Positions 8,734 through 16,789 of a stretch of DNA of 63,410 nucleotides are shown piece by piece. Source of the stretch: a virus; the IMG/VR virus record IMGVR_UViG_3300012363_000003, positions 1 through 63,410 of that record. One strand, given 5' to 3'. How positions within the stretch are numbered: position 1 is the first letter of the stretch; every line of letters begins with the position of its first letter. Under the pieces are notes generated by a model. It was given only the letters and a program-made list of their open reading frames with translations, did no database searches and had not been told where the DNA came from. The position numbers were made by a program, and so were the translations under genes.

Positions 8734-8937
8734 ATGACAGTAGAAGAGCTTGAAGAATGGGCGAGGCAATGGGCACGGTGGCAGGCGGTGAATTGGGTAT
8801 ACCGTAGTGGTTCGGAGCAAGAGAATAAGCGACAAGCATTGGTGAGCGAGGCGCGTTCAAAAATAGAGGGGTTGGGCTACAAGATAACTACGGATGCTTG
8901 GGCCAATGTGATTATCGTGCTACCATTCAAAGTCTAA
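8734..8937 (+). CDS. Hypothetical protein (67 aa)
   Basis: ATG 8734 overlaps the polymerase stop (TGAGATG context). Confidence 0.45.
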   Translation: MTVEELEEWARQWARWQAVNWVYRSGSEQENKRQALVSEARSKIEGLGYKITTDAWANVIIVLPFKV

Positions 8938-8954
8938 AGGAAAGGAGAGAGAAG

Positions 8955-9110
8955 ATGATTGCTGATATTGGGTTAAGTGCCTCCCTAAACGGCCTGACCA
9001 TTGTATTGTCGGTAAATGTCTTATGGGTCGTGGGTGCTGGCCTTGCTGTCTACCTGTGGCGATTACTGCACTCACACCTGCCGCACCATTACGGCGGAGG
9101 CTCTAAGTGA
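8955..9110 (+). CDS. Small membrane protein (51 aa)
   Basis: RBS AAAGGAGAGAGAAG before ATG 8955; one hydrophobic span. Confidence 0.45.
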   Translation: MIADIGLSASLNGLTIVLSVNVLWVVGAGLAVYLWRLLHSHLPHHYGGGSK

Positions 9111-9307
9111 GCATACAAGAGTTGGCGCGGAGACTCGATGACCTTAAGGATGTGAGACGTGCAGCCAGGCGTGATGGGCACTTCGAGAGGGTCCATAACA
9201 GGCGGGTGGAGCTAGAGGACCTTCTTGAGCCACTCGGCCTGGGGCTTGCCTGGCAGGATAGTGATGAGTGCTACATGATCTATAGCTTCAAATCAATAAA
9301 GGAATAG
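9107..9307 (+). CDS. Hypothetical protein (66 aa)
   Basis: GTGA start/stop overlap with the previous ORF. Confidence 0.45.
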   Translation: MSIQELARRLDDLKDVRRAARRDGHFERVHNRRVELEDLLEPLGLGLAWQDSDECYMIYSFKSIKE

Positions 9308-9310
9308 AAC

Positions 9311-9529
9311 ATGGACATGACACAACTACTTCTAATAATCATGCTCTTCGCACTGGTGGGGAGCCTATTCCTCGGTCTCGTACTGACCCTGGTGATGTTC
9401 AACCACATCGAGAAGCGTTTGGGGCATCTGACCAGTGCTCATAATGGGCTGTCTGCACGTTCTAGCGGCCTGCATGAGCGAGTAGCCAAACTGGAGGTAC
9501 TGCATGAAGGTGCCCATCAACCCACTTGA
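9311..9529 (+). CDS. Small membrane protein (72 aa)
   Basis: N-terminal hydrophobic span LLLIIMLFALVGSLFLGLVLTLVMF. Confidence 0.5.
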   Translation: MDMTQLLLIIMLFALVGSLFLGLVLTLVMFNHIEKRLGHLTSAHNGLSARSSGLHERVAKLEVLHEGAHQPT

Positions 9530-10448
9530 GGTAGACATACGGTTGGCTGTTGGGGAGCCGCACGGAGACGCGCCAATTATGCTGATCTGCCCCTTCCATA
9601 AGGACGATGTAGGCTCCCTGGCTGTCTACCGGGGCAATCTTCACTGCTACGGGTGCAACTGGCATATTAAACGGCGCTACTCCTCTCTGGCCTTCCTGTT
9701 GGGGCTATGGAGTGGACGGGGGAGTGAGGACGGGATCATGGCGACGGATGCGGTGAAGAAGATTAATCTGGGGAAGTTTGTCAGCGGGAAGCCCGAGAGG
9801 GGTCCGGCAGCGAAGTTCATTCCGCCACCCCCCGACCCAACCACTGTAGAGGCATTCCACCAATACTTCCTGCGCTATGGCCCGCTGGAGAGCTTCATGA
9901 AGGAGAGGGGATTGAGCCTTGACACGATCAGAAAATACAAACTCGGGTATTCTACAACTCACTTTGTCATACCCGTGCCTAACTTGGAAGGAAGCTGGCA
10001 GACTCTTAGATACCGCTCGGACGATGGGCTGGTCGATAGTGGAGGCGAAGGTTACAAGAAGTACGACGGACTGTATGGAAGAAACCAGCCCGCCCTCTTC
10101 CCCCTATCATCACGTTTTCACGGAGCTGGGGCAATAGATGAGCTTTGGATCGTAGAAGGTGAGCTAGACTCGTTAGCAAGCATTCAGGCAGGTATGACTA
10201 CGTTGACTGTGACGGGTGGAGCGGGGGCTGTGGCAAAGGTCGCTGACATGATCGCTGACGAGTTGCCCTGGCTCCAGATCGGCAGGTGGGTCATTGCCAC
10301 GGACTTAGACCAGGCTGGTGAGGAATGTGCGAATAAACTGCTCGGTTACTTGGGGTGCAATGGTGTTCGAGCACGCTGGGGTCGAGGAAAGGACCTTGGC
10401 GAGTGGTATTCGTCCGGGGGTACAAGAGAGGGGATCAGATATCAATGA
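9504..10448 (+). CDS. DNA primase, CHC2 zinc finger plus TOPRIM (314 aa)
   Basis: CPFHKDDVGSLAVYRGNLHCYGCNWH zinc finger. TOPRIM motifs VEGELDSLA and ATDLDQAGEE. Confidence 0.8.
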   Translation: MKVPINPLEVDIRLAVGEPHGDAPIMLICPFHKDDVGSLAVYRGNLHCYGCNWHIKRRYSSLAFLLGLWSGRGSEDGIMATDAVKKINLGKFVSGKPERGPAAKFIPPPPDPTTVEAFHQYFLRYGPLESFMKERGLSLDTIRKYKLGYSTTHFVIPVPNLEGSWQTLRYRSDDGLVDSGGEGYKKYDGLYGRNQPALFPLSSRFHGAGAIDELWIVEGELDSLASIQAGMTTLTVTGGAGAVAKVADMIADELPWLQIGRWVIATDLDQAGEECANKLLGYLGCNGVRARWGRGKDLGEWYSSGGTREGIRYQ

Positions 10449-10624
10449 GGTACACACTACAGTTTTACCTCGTAGCGTTTGCAGATGGTATAAAACACTT
10501 CTATTGGGGCATTCGTGTGTGGCTGGACATGCACCTTATGCGATGCGAGAAGTGCGGCAAGCGTGGGTGCAGTGGACTTTGCTGCCTGTCTCTGCCCAAA
10601 ACACTACGAGGAGTTGATGGCTGA
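10445..10624 (+). CDS. Small Cys-rich protein (59 aa)
   Basis: ATGA overlap with the primase stop; CEKCGKRGCSGLCC motif. Confidence 0.4.
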   Translation: MRYTLQFYLVAFADGIKHFYWGIRVWLDMHLMRCEKCGKRGCSGLCCLSLPKTLRGVDG

Positions 10625-10650
10625 GTACATAAAGGCAACAGGAGGATGGG

Positions 10651-10998
10651 ATGATCGGTGAGTACATAAGAGGTTGGTGTATAGAGTGGGACGAGCGCCA
10701 GGTGCCGGATGTCTTCGAGTGTGAATGCCAGCGATCCGGGACAGAGATGGTCTACGTGCAGGTAGTAGATACGGACGAGGAGCGCATCTACCGTTCCTAT
10801 GCCTTTGGAGAGACCTTCTTCTTCCACCTCCCTCCAGCCCTGACGAAGCACCTCTCCTTGCTTGAGGAGGCGAAGAAGGGGCATGAGGGGGCGGTTGCGT
10901 ACATCAGGGGGCAGATGGACGTGTCTCGGGCGCTGCTGAATGCGGAGGACAAGCGGAAAGAGTTTGCCCCCGGACCAGATAGGCCCCCGAAGGAGTAG
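10651..10998 (+). CDS. Hypothetical protein (115 aa)
   Basis: ORF in the array, RBS GGAGGATGGG upstream. Confidence 0.5.
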   Translation: MIGEYIRGWCIEWDERQVPDVFECECQRSGTEMVYVQVVDTDEERIYRSYAFGETFFFHLPPALTKHLSLLEEAKKGHEGAVAYIRGQMDVSRALLNAEDKRKEFAPGPDRPPKE

Positions 10999-11001
10999 AG
11001 G

Positions 11002-11481
11002 ATGAAGCCAGAGACTGTTGCAAGATACAAGGAAGAGGGGCTGTGTTTCTCGTGTGGCAAGCCTACCGAGTCTAGTTTACGGTACTGCAAAAAACACACC
11101 GAAGGCCGCTATAAACTTGTGCGTGAGTGGGGCAAGAAAGTACTGGACCTGGGAGGGGGATACTTTGTAACACAAAAAAGAGCGAGCGTATGGTGGACAA
11201 AGTATAGGCATAGACCAGAGGATGTACTTATCATGTACCTGGATCAGGATGCCCGGTGTGCTATATGTGGGGATTACCTTGCTTGGGATGAGGTGTTTAT
11301 AGACCATGACCACAACCATCCAGGAGCTAGGCACCTAAAAAGTGGAAATTGCCAGGGCTGCTCAAAGGAGTCTGTCCGAGGTTTAGTACACGATTATTGC
11401 AATATAGGGCTTGGTAGCTTCCGAGAAAGCATAGAAAGGTTGCAGGGTGCTATCAGGTATCTCGGGGGTGTAGCATGTTAA
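11002..11481 (+). CDS. Recombination endonuclease VII family protein (159 aa)
   Basis: CAICG...IDHDHNHPG...RGLVHDYCNIGLG matches the T4 endo VII-type signature. Confidence 0.7.
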   Translation: MKPETVARYKEEGLCFSCGKPTESSLRYCKKHTEGRYKLVREWGKKVLDLGGGYFVTQKRASVWWTKYRHRPEDVLIMYLDQDARCAICGDYLAWDEVFIDHDHNHPGARHLKSGNCQGCSKESVRGLVHDYCNIGLGSFRESIERLQGAIRYLGGVAC

Positions 11482-12536
11482 AGGGTGTTCATTGTGTATT
11501 AGGCAACGTGTCGATGGAGGATCATTTACGGTGTCAGGCCCAAGCACTAGGTCCACCCTGCGGCCTGTCTCCAACACTGCTCCAAATAATACTTCGTCCG
11601 AACCGCGAGAGGGAAGAGTCGAAGGTTGTTTTCAGTCCTTCCTCGATTAGTTCTTGTCATAGGCAGGGTGCCCTCTCGGTAGAGCATGACTATTATGTTG
11701 ATGTCAAGCAGGCATATAAGGCCACTCGGGGCACGGTATTCCACAAAGGTTTGGAGAGTGAGCCTGCGCCACCGGGGGTACTTGGAGTGATCCGCGAGTT
11801 ACGCATGGAAGCCCAGGTAGACACGAAGTACGGGGAACAGACGTTTAAGGGAATGCCAGATGCGGTTTACCTGCTACACATGGAGGAGTACGTGAAAGTA
11901 GATGGACAAGACCCGGTTAAACACAGGCTCCATGTGAAGATAGAGGATGTGAAGACTCGAAGTGAGGTAGGGCACGACCTTGTGCGGGCAGACAGTAGGC
12001 ATACCCAGCAAATAAATCTTTACGCATGGCTCGTGCAACGCTTCCTCCCTGGCTGGCTCAATGAAGTCTTCACCACGTTGCATAGAGATATGGGTGTAGT
12101 AGAGAACCCACACCTCTTCATGAATGTGGAAAAGAACGACTTTATCCGCCTGTCACACATAGACGAGATCGTGGTAGATGAGCTTTCAATTCTCTATGCT
12201 GACATGGGGAAAACCAGGATATTCACCAGCCGTGGGTTTGGATATGACCAGGGCAAGCTGATCGGAGACCGGATAGGTGGGCATTGGGTGCGTAGGAAGC
12301 CAGTGGAGCACGAGGAGTTGGAGCTAGAGCCTGTACACCAGATGCAGGATCAGTACGTTGAGGGTATTATAAGGAAGGGAATTGAGAGGCAAATAGAAGC
12401 GAAGACTATGCTGGCTCCACCCCTGACGGAGCCGGAGGATGTTGGTCTTATGTGTAGATCATGTCCGGTCCGGCCATTTTGCATTGAAACAGGCAAGAAA
12501 GAGGGCTACAACATGGAACTTCAGGAGGCAATATGA
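11475..12536 (+). CDS. PD-(D/E)XK nuclease, Cas4/RecB-like with 4-Cys cluster (up to 353 aa; start uncertain)
   Basis: N-terminal Cys (SSCHRQ), IEDVKT catalytic-type motif and C-terminal CRSCPVRPFC. Confidence 0.6.
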   Translation: MLKGVHCVLGNVSMEDHLRCQAQALGPPCGLSPTLLQIILRPNREREESKVVFSPSSISSCHRQGALSVEHDYYVDVKQAYKATRGTVFHKGLESEPAPPGVLGVIRELRMEAQVDTKYGEQTFKGMPDAVYLLHMEEYVKVDGQDPVKHRLHVKIEDVKTRSEVGHDLVRADSRHTQQINLYAWLVQRFLPGWLNEVFTTLHRDMGVVENPHLFMNVEKNDFIRLSHIDEIVVDELSILYADMGKTRIFTSRGFGYDQGKLIGDRIGGHWVRRKPVEHEELELEPVHQMQDQYVEGIIRKGIERQIEAKTMLAPPLTEPEDVGLMCRSCPVRPFCIETGKKEGYNMELQEAI

Positions 12537-12685
12537 TAAGGTGGCTTCGTTTTACCTGGCTGCGTCTACGGCTGGCGTGGCTGCTGCGGGGTCTGTCACA
12601 GGAAAAGCGCAACGAAATACTTAATGATGTTTTGCTTGAGATGAACCTTGAGCAGTACTCAAGGAAGCTGCGAGGGCTAGAATGA
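12533..12685 (+). CDS. Small basic protein (50 aa), below the track cutoff
   Basis: ATGA overlaps at both ends couple it to the neighbouring genes (12533-12536 and 12682-12685). Confidence 0.4.
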   Translation: MIRWLRFTWLRLRLAWLLRGLSQEKRNEILNDVLLEMNLEQYSRKLRGLE

Positions 12686-12990
12686 GCAGGCTTTTCGAGA
12701 GATGGGCTACCTGGCTCAAGGGGAGGCTGCGGGATTGGTTGGATGTACCCACGGATGAAGACATCATAGACAGAGCACGAGACCAATATAGAGCTTTGGA
12801 GCGACGGTTGGAATTGGGGCTGAAGGAGCGGGAGCGGGCCTTGGTGCTGCGTGAGAGGGATATGGAGCGACTGGTAGGGGAGACCACGCTGGCTGTAGAG
12901 AAGACCATGACAGCGATACAGATGGCCGAACGCAACTGGCAGGCCGTTGTAAAGAGTCAGGAGAAGACCGATCAAAAACAGGCTGATTGA
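12682..12990 (+). CDS. Hypothetical coiled-coil protein (102 aa)
   Basis: ORF in the array. Confidence 0.5.
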   Translation: MSRLFERWATWLKGRLRDWLDVPTDEDIIDRARDQYRALERRLELGLKERERALVLRERDMERLVGETTLAVEKTMTAIQMAERNWQAVVKSQEKTDQKQAD

Positions 12991-12997
12991 GGATATT

Positions 12998-13231
12998 ATG
13001 CCCGAAGCCCAACTAGAGTCCATCGAGTTTCAGAACGGTGTGGTGGCCGGGTTTCACATGGCTGCATTCCACCTGGCACACAACGAGCCGCTCATCAAGC
13101 TCACGGAGAGGGCGGATTGGGATAGGGGCTTTAATGCTGGAATGCTTATCAGGCTGAACAAAGAGGCAGAGGGTTCCGGGGTGGCTCGGGCCTGGCTGGA
13201 GTTTTTCATGGAAAGGAACACAGATGAGTAA
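12998..13231 (+). CDS. Hypothetical protein (77 aa)
   Basis: ORF in the array. Confidence 0.5.
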   Translation: MPEAQLESIEFQNGVVAGFHMAAFHLAHNEPLIKLTERADWDRGFNAGMLIRLNKEAEGSGVARAWLEFFMERNTDE

Positions 13232-13451
13232 GGAGTATCGTGACGCATTGAAGGTAATATGGTTGGCCGTGTTAGCCGTGGTACTGGTAGGCTTCGTTGA
13301 CCCCTTTGTTTTTTGGCTGGTTATCCTGGGGCCACCTACGCCTGTTCCGTTCTGGTGGGTCTACGTTGTATGGGGAGGCGGTTTGGCTATGACTTTATCG
13401 GTCTGGCTACCTATCCACATCCTGAAGAATAGACCAGGGCAGACCAAGTGA
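13224..13451 (+). CDS. Membrane protein, 2 predicted TM spans (75 aa)
   Basis: Hydrophobic spans VIWLAVLAVVLVGFV and WWVYVVWGGGLAMTLSVWL. Confidence 0.5.
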   Translation: MSKEYRDALKVIWLAVLAVVLVGFVDPFVFWLVILGPPTPVPFWWVYVVWGGGLAMTLSVWLPIHILKNRPGQTK

Positions 13452-13942
13452 TGATACCGCAGATTTGGACGGACATAGTGATGGAGCGAGTGCGCTTGGG
13501 ACTGTCTGCGGATTTGCGGGAGAAATTTGATCTATACGACCTAGAACTGGTCTGGCTCCCTTTTGAGCTATCAGAGAAGGAGGAAGAGATGGCTGGATTT
13601 GGTGGCATATTGCCGTTTGGGAAGATAACAGCGAATGGGGTGGTGCCTGTTGTGCCTGCGGAGGCGATCAACTGGAAGGGGATGGTCTTCTTCTTCCTGC
13701 TGGACGTGATCCCTGACTACATCCAGAAAACCTTCGGAGTCAATGAGGAGGGGCGTTTTCCGGAGGGGGATGCGAGAAGGTCTGTGCGGTTACGGGAGGA
13801 CATCCCACTAGAGAACGTGGATGTGGCCGTGATCGTGTACAACATGTCAGAGCACCACCTGGACTTCGCGTATACTCTTATGAAGCAGCTTGAGTCTCTG
13901 GTTCCGAGAGCGCAGGTGGTGATGCTGCCGGTACAAGGGTGA
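13448..13942 (+). CDS. Hypothetical protein (164 aa)
   Basis: GTGATG start/stop overlap; ORF in the array. Confidence 0.55.
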   Translation: MMIPQIWTDIVMERVRLGLSADLREKFDLYDLELVWLPFELSEKEEEMAGFGGILPFGKITANGVVPVVPAEAINWKGMVFFFLLDVIPDYIQKTFGVNEEGRFPEGDARRSVRLREDIPLENVDVAVIVYNMSEHHLDFAYTLMKQLESLVPRAQVVMLPVQG

Positions 13943-13949
13943 GGTAAGT

Positions 13950-14276
13950 ATGGGAACGAATTTGGCAGTCATAAGAGAGGGGCCGAGTAATATAAAGGCA
14001 TACGTGGAGGAGTACCTGCGTAGAAGCAGCCCAGCGAGTTCAAAGTACCTTGTGACGCGCATCCGGGCCAATATTGATGCCGACTATGCATGGAAACCCG
14101 ACCCACCAGAGTCTACCCTGTTTGAGATGCAGATAGCGTTCGATGTGAGTGCGATCAATGCGGTGGATTGGTGTACTACGGTGGATATTCGTGTTAGGCT
14201 GGACTACGATGGAGAGCCACGGATAGAGCGCACCACCATTAGCTACCGTTGCCCGCCGCCTTGGAGTTGGGGGTGA
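13950..14276 (+). CDS. Hypothetical protein (108 aa)
   Basis: ORF in the array. Confidence 0.5.
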   Translation: MGTNLAVIREGPSNIKAYVEEYLRRSSPASSKYLVTRIRANIDADYAWKPDPPESTLFEMQIAFDVSAINAVDWCTTVDIRVRLDYDGEPRIERTTISYRCPPPWSWG

Positions 14277-14282
14277 GATCGT

Positions 14283-15473
14283 ATGGATGAGATTATAAAG
14301 TTTGTGCTCGGCGTGTTGGTGCTTGGGCTGCTGGTGGGGATACTTGCCTCCCTCTGGCCCTGGCACATCTTCCTCGCCTTTGGCCTTGTATTAATCGGTC
14401 TCTTTCTTGGTGGGGTGAAGCTGAGGTGGGAATGGGAAAAGCACCAGGTAGACATAGAGGCCAAGCGAAATAGGGCGCGTATTGTCCACGAGTCGGATAA
14501 AGGGGCCTTATACCTAGAGGAGGGTAGGATCAGTGGATATAGCCATGTACTTCCGCAGGCAAAAGTGCAGGAGAAGGCTAGCGGAGTTACAGTACCTATG
14601 CCTTCAAAACCTGGGTACCCCCCGGTCGAGAGACCCACGACACCAAGCACATTTAGCGAGTTGGTACGAGGGGGCTACGTTGCGCCAGGTTCGGATTTCG
14701 TGCTCGGATTTGACGAACGCTCTGAGCCAATTAGGATGTCCACCCTCACTTCTCTCGGGATCGGGGGAGGGCAAGGCTTCGGAAAGACAAGCACCGCTTA
14801 CTTAGTCCTGCTAGAGGCTGTGGTAAAGTATCGTGGAGATATTAGGTTCCTCTTAATCGACCCCCACATTGGAGTGGATGGGGAGGAGACCTTATACGCG
14901 AAAACGAAGGGCCTGGAGCCGTACTTCATGCGGTATGGCGGCTTACCGAACCCAACGGGGCTATACCACGGGGAGGGAGGGCATGTCGCTGGGTGGGTTC
15001 AATATTGGGAGAACGAGTTTATCAGCAGGATGCGCGGTGGAAAGGGGCCGATGTGGGTGCTGGTCATGGATGAAGGTGCGGCTGTGTTCTCTTCACCTGT
15101 TGCTGATGCTGTCAGTAAGCTCCTGGAGAACATAAATAGGCAGGCACGCAAGGTCAACATGTTTGCCATTGTGATCTCTCAGGAGTGGAAGGCATCACGG
15201 ACGGGGGGATCAGCGATGCGAGACTCTATCGTGACCTTCATGCTCCACAACATGCCTACCCGTATCTCTGAACTACTCGTGCCCTCGGATGTAGCCAGAC
15301 AGACACCAAGATTGCGTATAGGGGAGGCTATTCACTTCTGCCAGGGTACGGATAGGCGAGGTATGGTGCCCCAGGCGTCGGTGGAGGATGCGGAGAGGCT
15401 GGTGTCTCTGTACCGTCCCTTTGTTGATGGACTGGCGAGAGAGCTACCATTGCTGGGGGAAGGAAATGGATAG
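14283..15473 (+). CDS. Membrane-anchored FtsK/HerA-like P-loop ATPase (396 aa)
   Basis: Two N-terminal TM spans, Walker A GGGQGFGKTS and Walker B WVLVMDEGA. Confidence 0.5.
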   Translation: MDEIIKFVLGVLVLGLLVGILASLWPWHIFLAFGLVLIGLFLGGVKLRWEWEKHQVDIEAKRNRARIVHESDKGALYLEEGRISGYSHVLPQAKVQEKASGVTVPMPSKPGYPPVERPTTPSTFSELVRGGYVAPGSDFVLGFDERSEPIRMSTLTSLGIGGGQGFGKTSTAYLVLLEAVVKYRGDIRFLLIDPHIGVDGEETLYAKTKGLEPYFMRYGGLPNPTGLYHGEGGHVAGWVQYWENEFISRMRGGKGPMWVLVMDEGAAVFSSPVADAVSKLLENINRQARKVNMFAIVISQEWKASRTGGSAMRDSIVTFMLHNMPTRISELLVPSDVARQTPRLRIGEAIHFCQGTDRRGMVPQASVEDAERLVSLYRPFVDGLARELPLLGEGNG

Positions 15474-15726
15474 AGACCTGACTATTAGGATTACAGCAGA
15501 CGACCGAGACTTTCAGAGGATGATGGCAAAGGAAATAGCGTGGGTTTTTCGCATATCACCGTGGATGCTCGGACTTAACGATTGGTCTCCCGGATATGCT
15601 AGGATCGTGGAGAGTACTGCTGTTGTGCTGCCGTTGGAAGGTGAAGAGGATGATCGACTGGATAAAGAAACTGCTCGGACTGAAGAGCAATCCGACCGGG
15701 CTGTACTACGTATACACCCTGTCTGA
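15466..15726 (+). CDS. Hypothetical protein (86 aa)
   Basis: ATG 15466 overlaps the stop of the ATPase gene. Its 3' end overlaps the GIY-YIG ORF. Confidence 0.4.
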   Translation: MDRDLTIRITADDRDFQRMMAKEIAWVFRISPWMLGLNDWSPGYARIVESTAVVLPLEGEEDDRLDKETARTEEQSDRAVLRIHPV

Positions 15727-16033
15727 TCCACGCTTCAACCCACCCAAGGTCATATACATCGGGAAGGGTACGGAGGACAGGATGTACGACCACGAGAAGG
15801 AGCTAAGGAGGCTACTCAAGAGGGGGCGGGGTGGGGCTATGCGGCTAGGATGTAAGCATAAGAGGATACTGGAAATCTTAGACGACGGCAGGCAGGTTGG
15901 GTACTCTATCGTCTTCCGCACGGACAGTGAGGCGGAGGCGTATCGTGTGGAGTCGGCGTATATTGACCGGATCGGCCTGGAGCACCTGACCAACGAGACT
16001 TATGGATGGAAGCCAAGGAGAGTGGCAGCATGA
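15650..16033 (+). CDS. GIY-YIG nuclease domain protein (about 127 aa)
   Basis: GLYYVYTL...VIYIGKGTEDRMYDH...ESAYI matches the GIY-YIG pattern; start uncertain. Confidence 0.55.
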   Translation: MIDWIKKLLGLKSNPTGLYYVYTLSDPRFNPPKVIYIGKGTEDRMYDHEKELRRLLKRGRGGAMRLGCKHKRILEILDDGRQVGYSIVFRTDSEAEAYRVESAYIDRIGLEHLTNETYGWKPRRVAA

Positions 16034-16203
16034 ATACTTGTGAGGGTTTGGAGGCAGGGATGCTTGCGCGGTGGGTGGATGAGCCAGAGGATATGGTGAT
16101 AATCACTTGGGTAGATTGGCAGTATGAGTATGTGTACTTTAATGATCCAGAAGGTAAAGAGACCAGGACTCGGTGTATGAACTTGGAGGTAGTACCAGCA
16201 TGA
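16030..16203 (+). CDS. Hypothetical protein (57 aa)
   Basis: ATGA overlap with the previous stop. Confidence 0.4.
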   Translation: MNTCEGLEAGMLARWVDEPEDMVIITWVDWQYEYVYFNDPEGKETRTRCMNLEVVPA

Positions 16204-16436
16204 GGAAGGGCTTTTGTTCGGCATGCGGGACGAGGATTTACCGGGAGGAGCGGTGGAGGATCAAGCTCACAGGCACCCCATCGCTGTTTACTCAGATAGT
16301 AGAGGAGTGGCCTGATAAGCTGTCTCACACGGCTGAGAGGGTACAGTATCCGGTGTTTTTAGCTACTGAGATGGGTCCCGAGATATGCCACTGCCCACAC
16401 TGCGGATTGAGAATAGAGGGAGCAGAGTTATGCTAG
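16200..16436 (+). CDS. Zinc-ribbon-like protein (78 aa)
   Basis: CSACG...CPHCG pairs; ATGA overlap with the previous stop. Confidence 0.45.
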   Translation: MRKGFCSACGTRIYREERWRIKLTGTPSLFTQIVEEWPDKLSHTAERVQYPVFLATEMGPEICHCPHCGLRIEGAELC

Positions 16437-16723
16437 ACTGGATTGAGGACGAAGCGAATAGGTACTACTTGCAGTATAAGGACTTTGATGGTCATGTACG
16501 GTATTACCCCCGCAAGCCCCCACTAGACAACGAACCGATTAATATGCCAAGGCCACAGAAGGATGCCCTAAAGGATGAGCCTAACGTGTTCGAGGAATGG
16601 GAAGCTCTTTATCCACACAGCCCGTATTATATTGGGTATCCGCCGCAAGCCTCGACCCCGTTTCCTATTGGTGAGAGCGGCACAGTAGACTCTCCGCGTT
16701 GGATCACTACCCGGAGGAAATAA
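16430..16723 (+). CDS. Hypothetical protein (97 aa)
   Basis: ATG overlaps the previous stop. Last gene of the plus arm. Confidence 0.5.
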   Translation: MLDWIEDEANRYYLQYKDFDGHVRYYPRKPPLDNEPINMPRPQKDALKDEPNVFEEWEALYPHSPYYIGYPPQASTPFPIGESGTVDSPRWITTRRK

Positions 16724-16770
16724 AGAAACCCCATCAATGCTCAATCGGCACTGGTGGGGTCTTTCTTTTT
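16722..16770. terminator. Bidirectional terminator hairpin between the convergent arms
   Basis: AAGAAACCCCA ... TGGGGTCTTTCTT with flanking A/T runs. It lies between the stops at 16723 (+) and 16790 (-). Confidence 0.6.
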
Positions 16771-16789
16771 GCCTACGAATAGATGAGCT

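Noticed and set aside
12448-13023. Long antisense or alternative-frame ORFs: 12448-13023 (-), 1666-2148 (-), 50337-50912 (-), 60313-60939 (-), 16737-17129 (+), 31058-31801 (+), 38457-39695 (+), 40742-41323 (+) and many inside the tape measure gene.
   Set aside because: They lie opposite or out of frame to genes that have clear motifs or operon coupling. They have skewed Arg/Ser/Pro-rich composition and no RBS. They are typical shadow ORFs of a roughly 52% GC genome.
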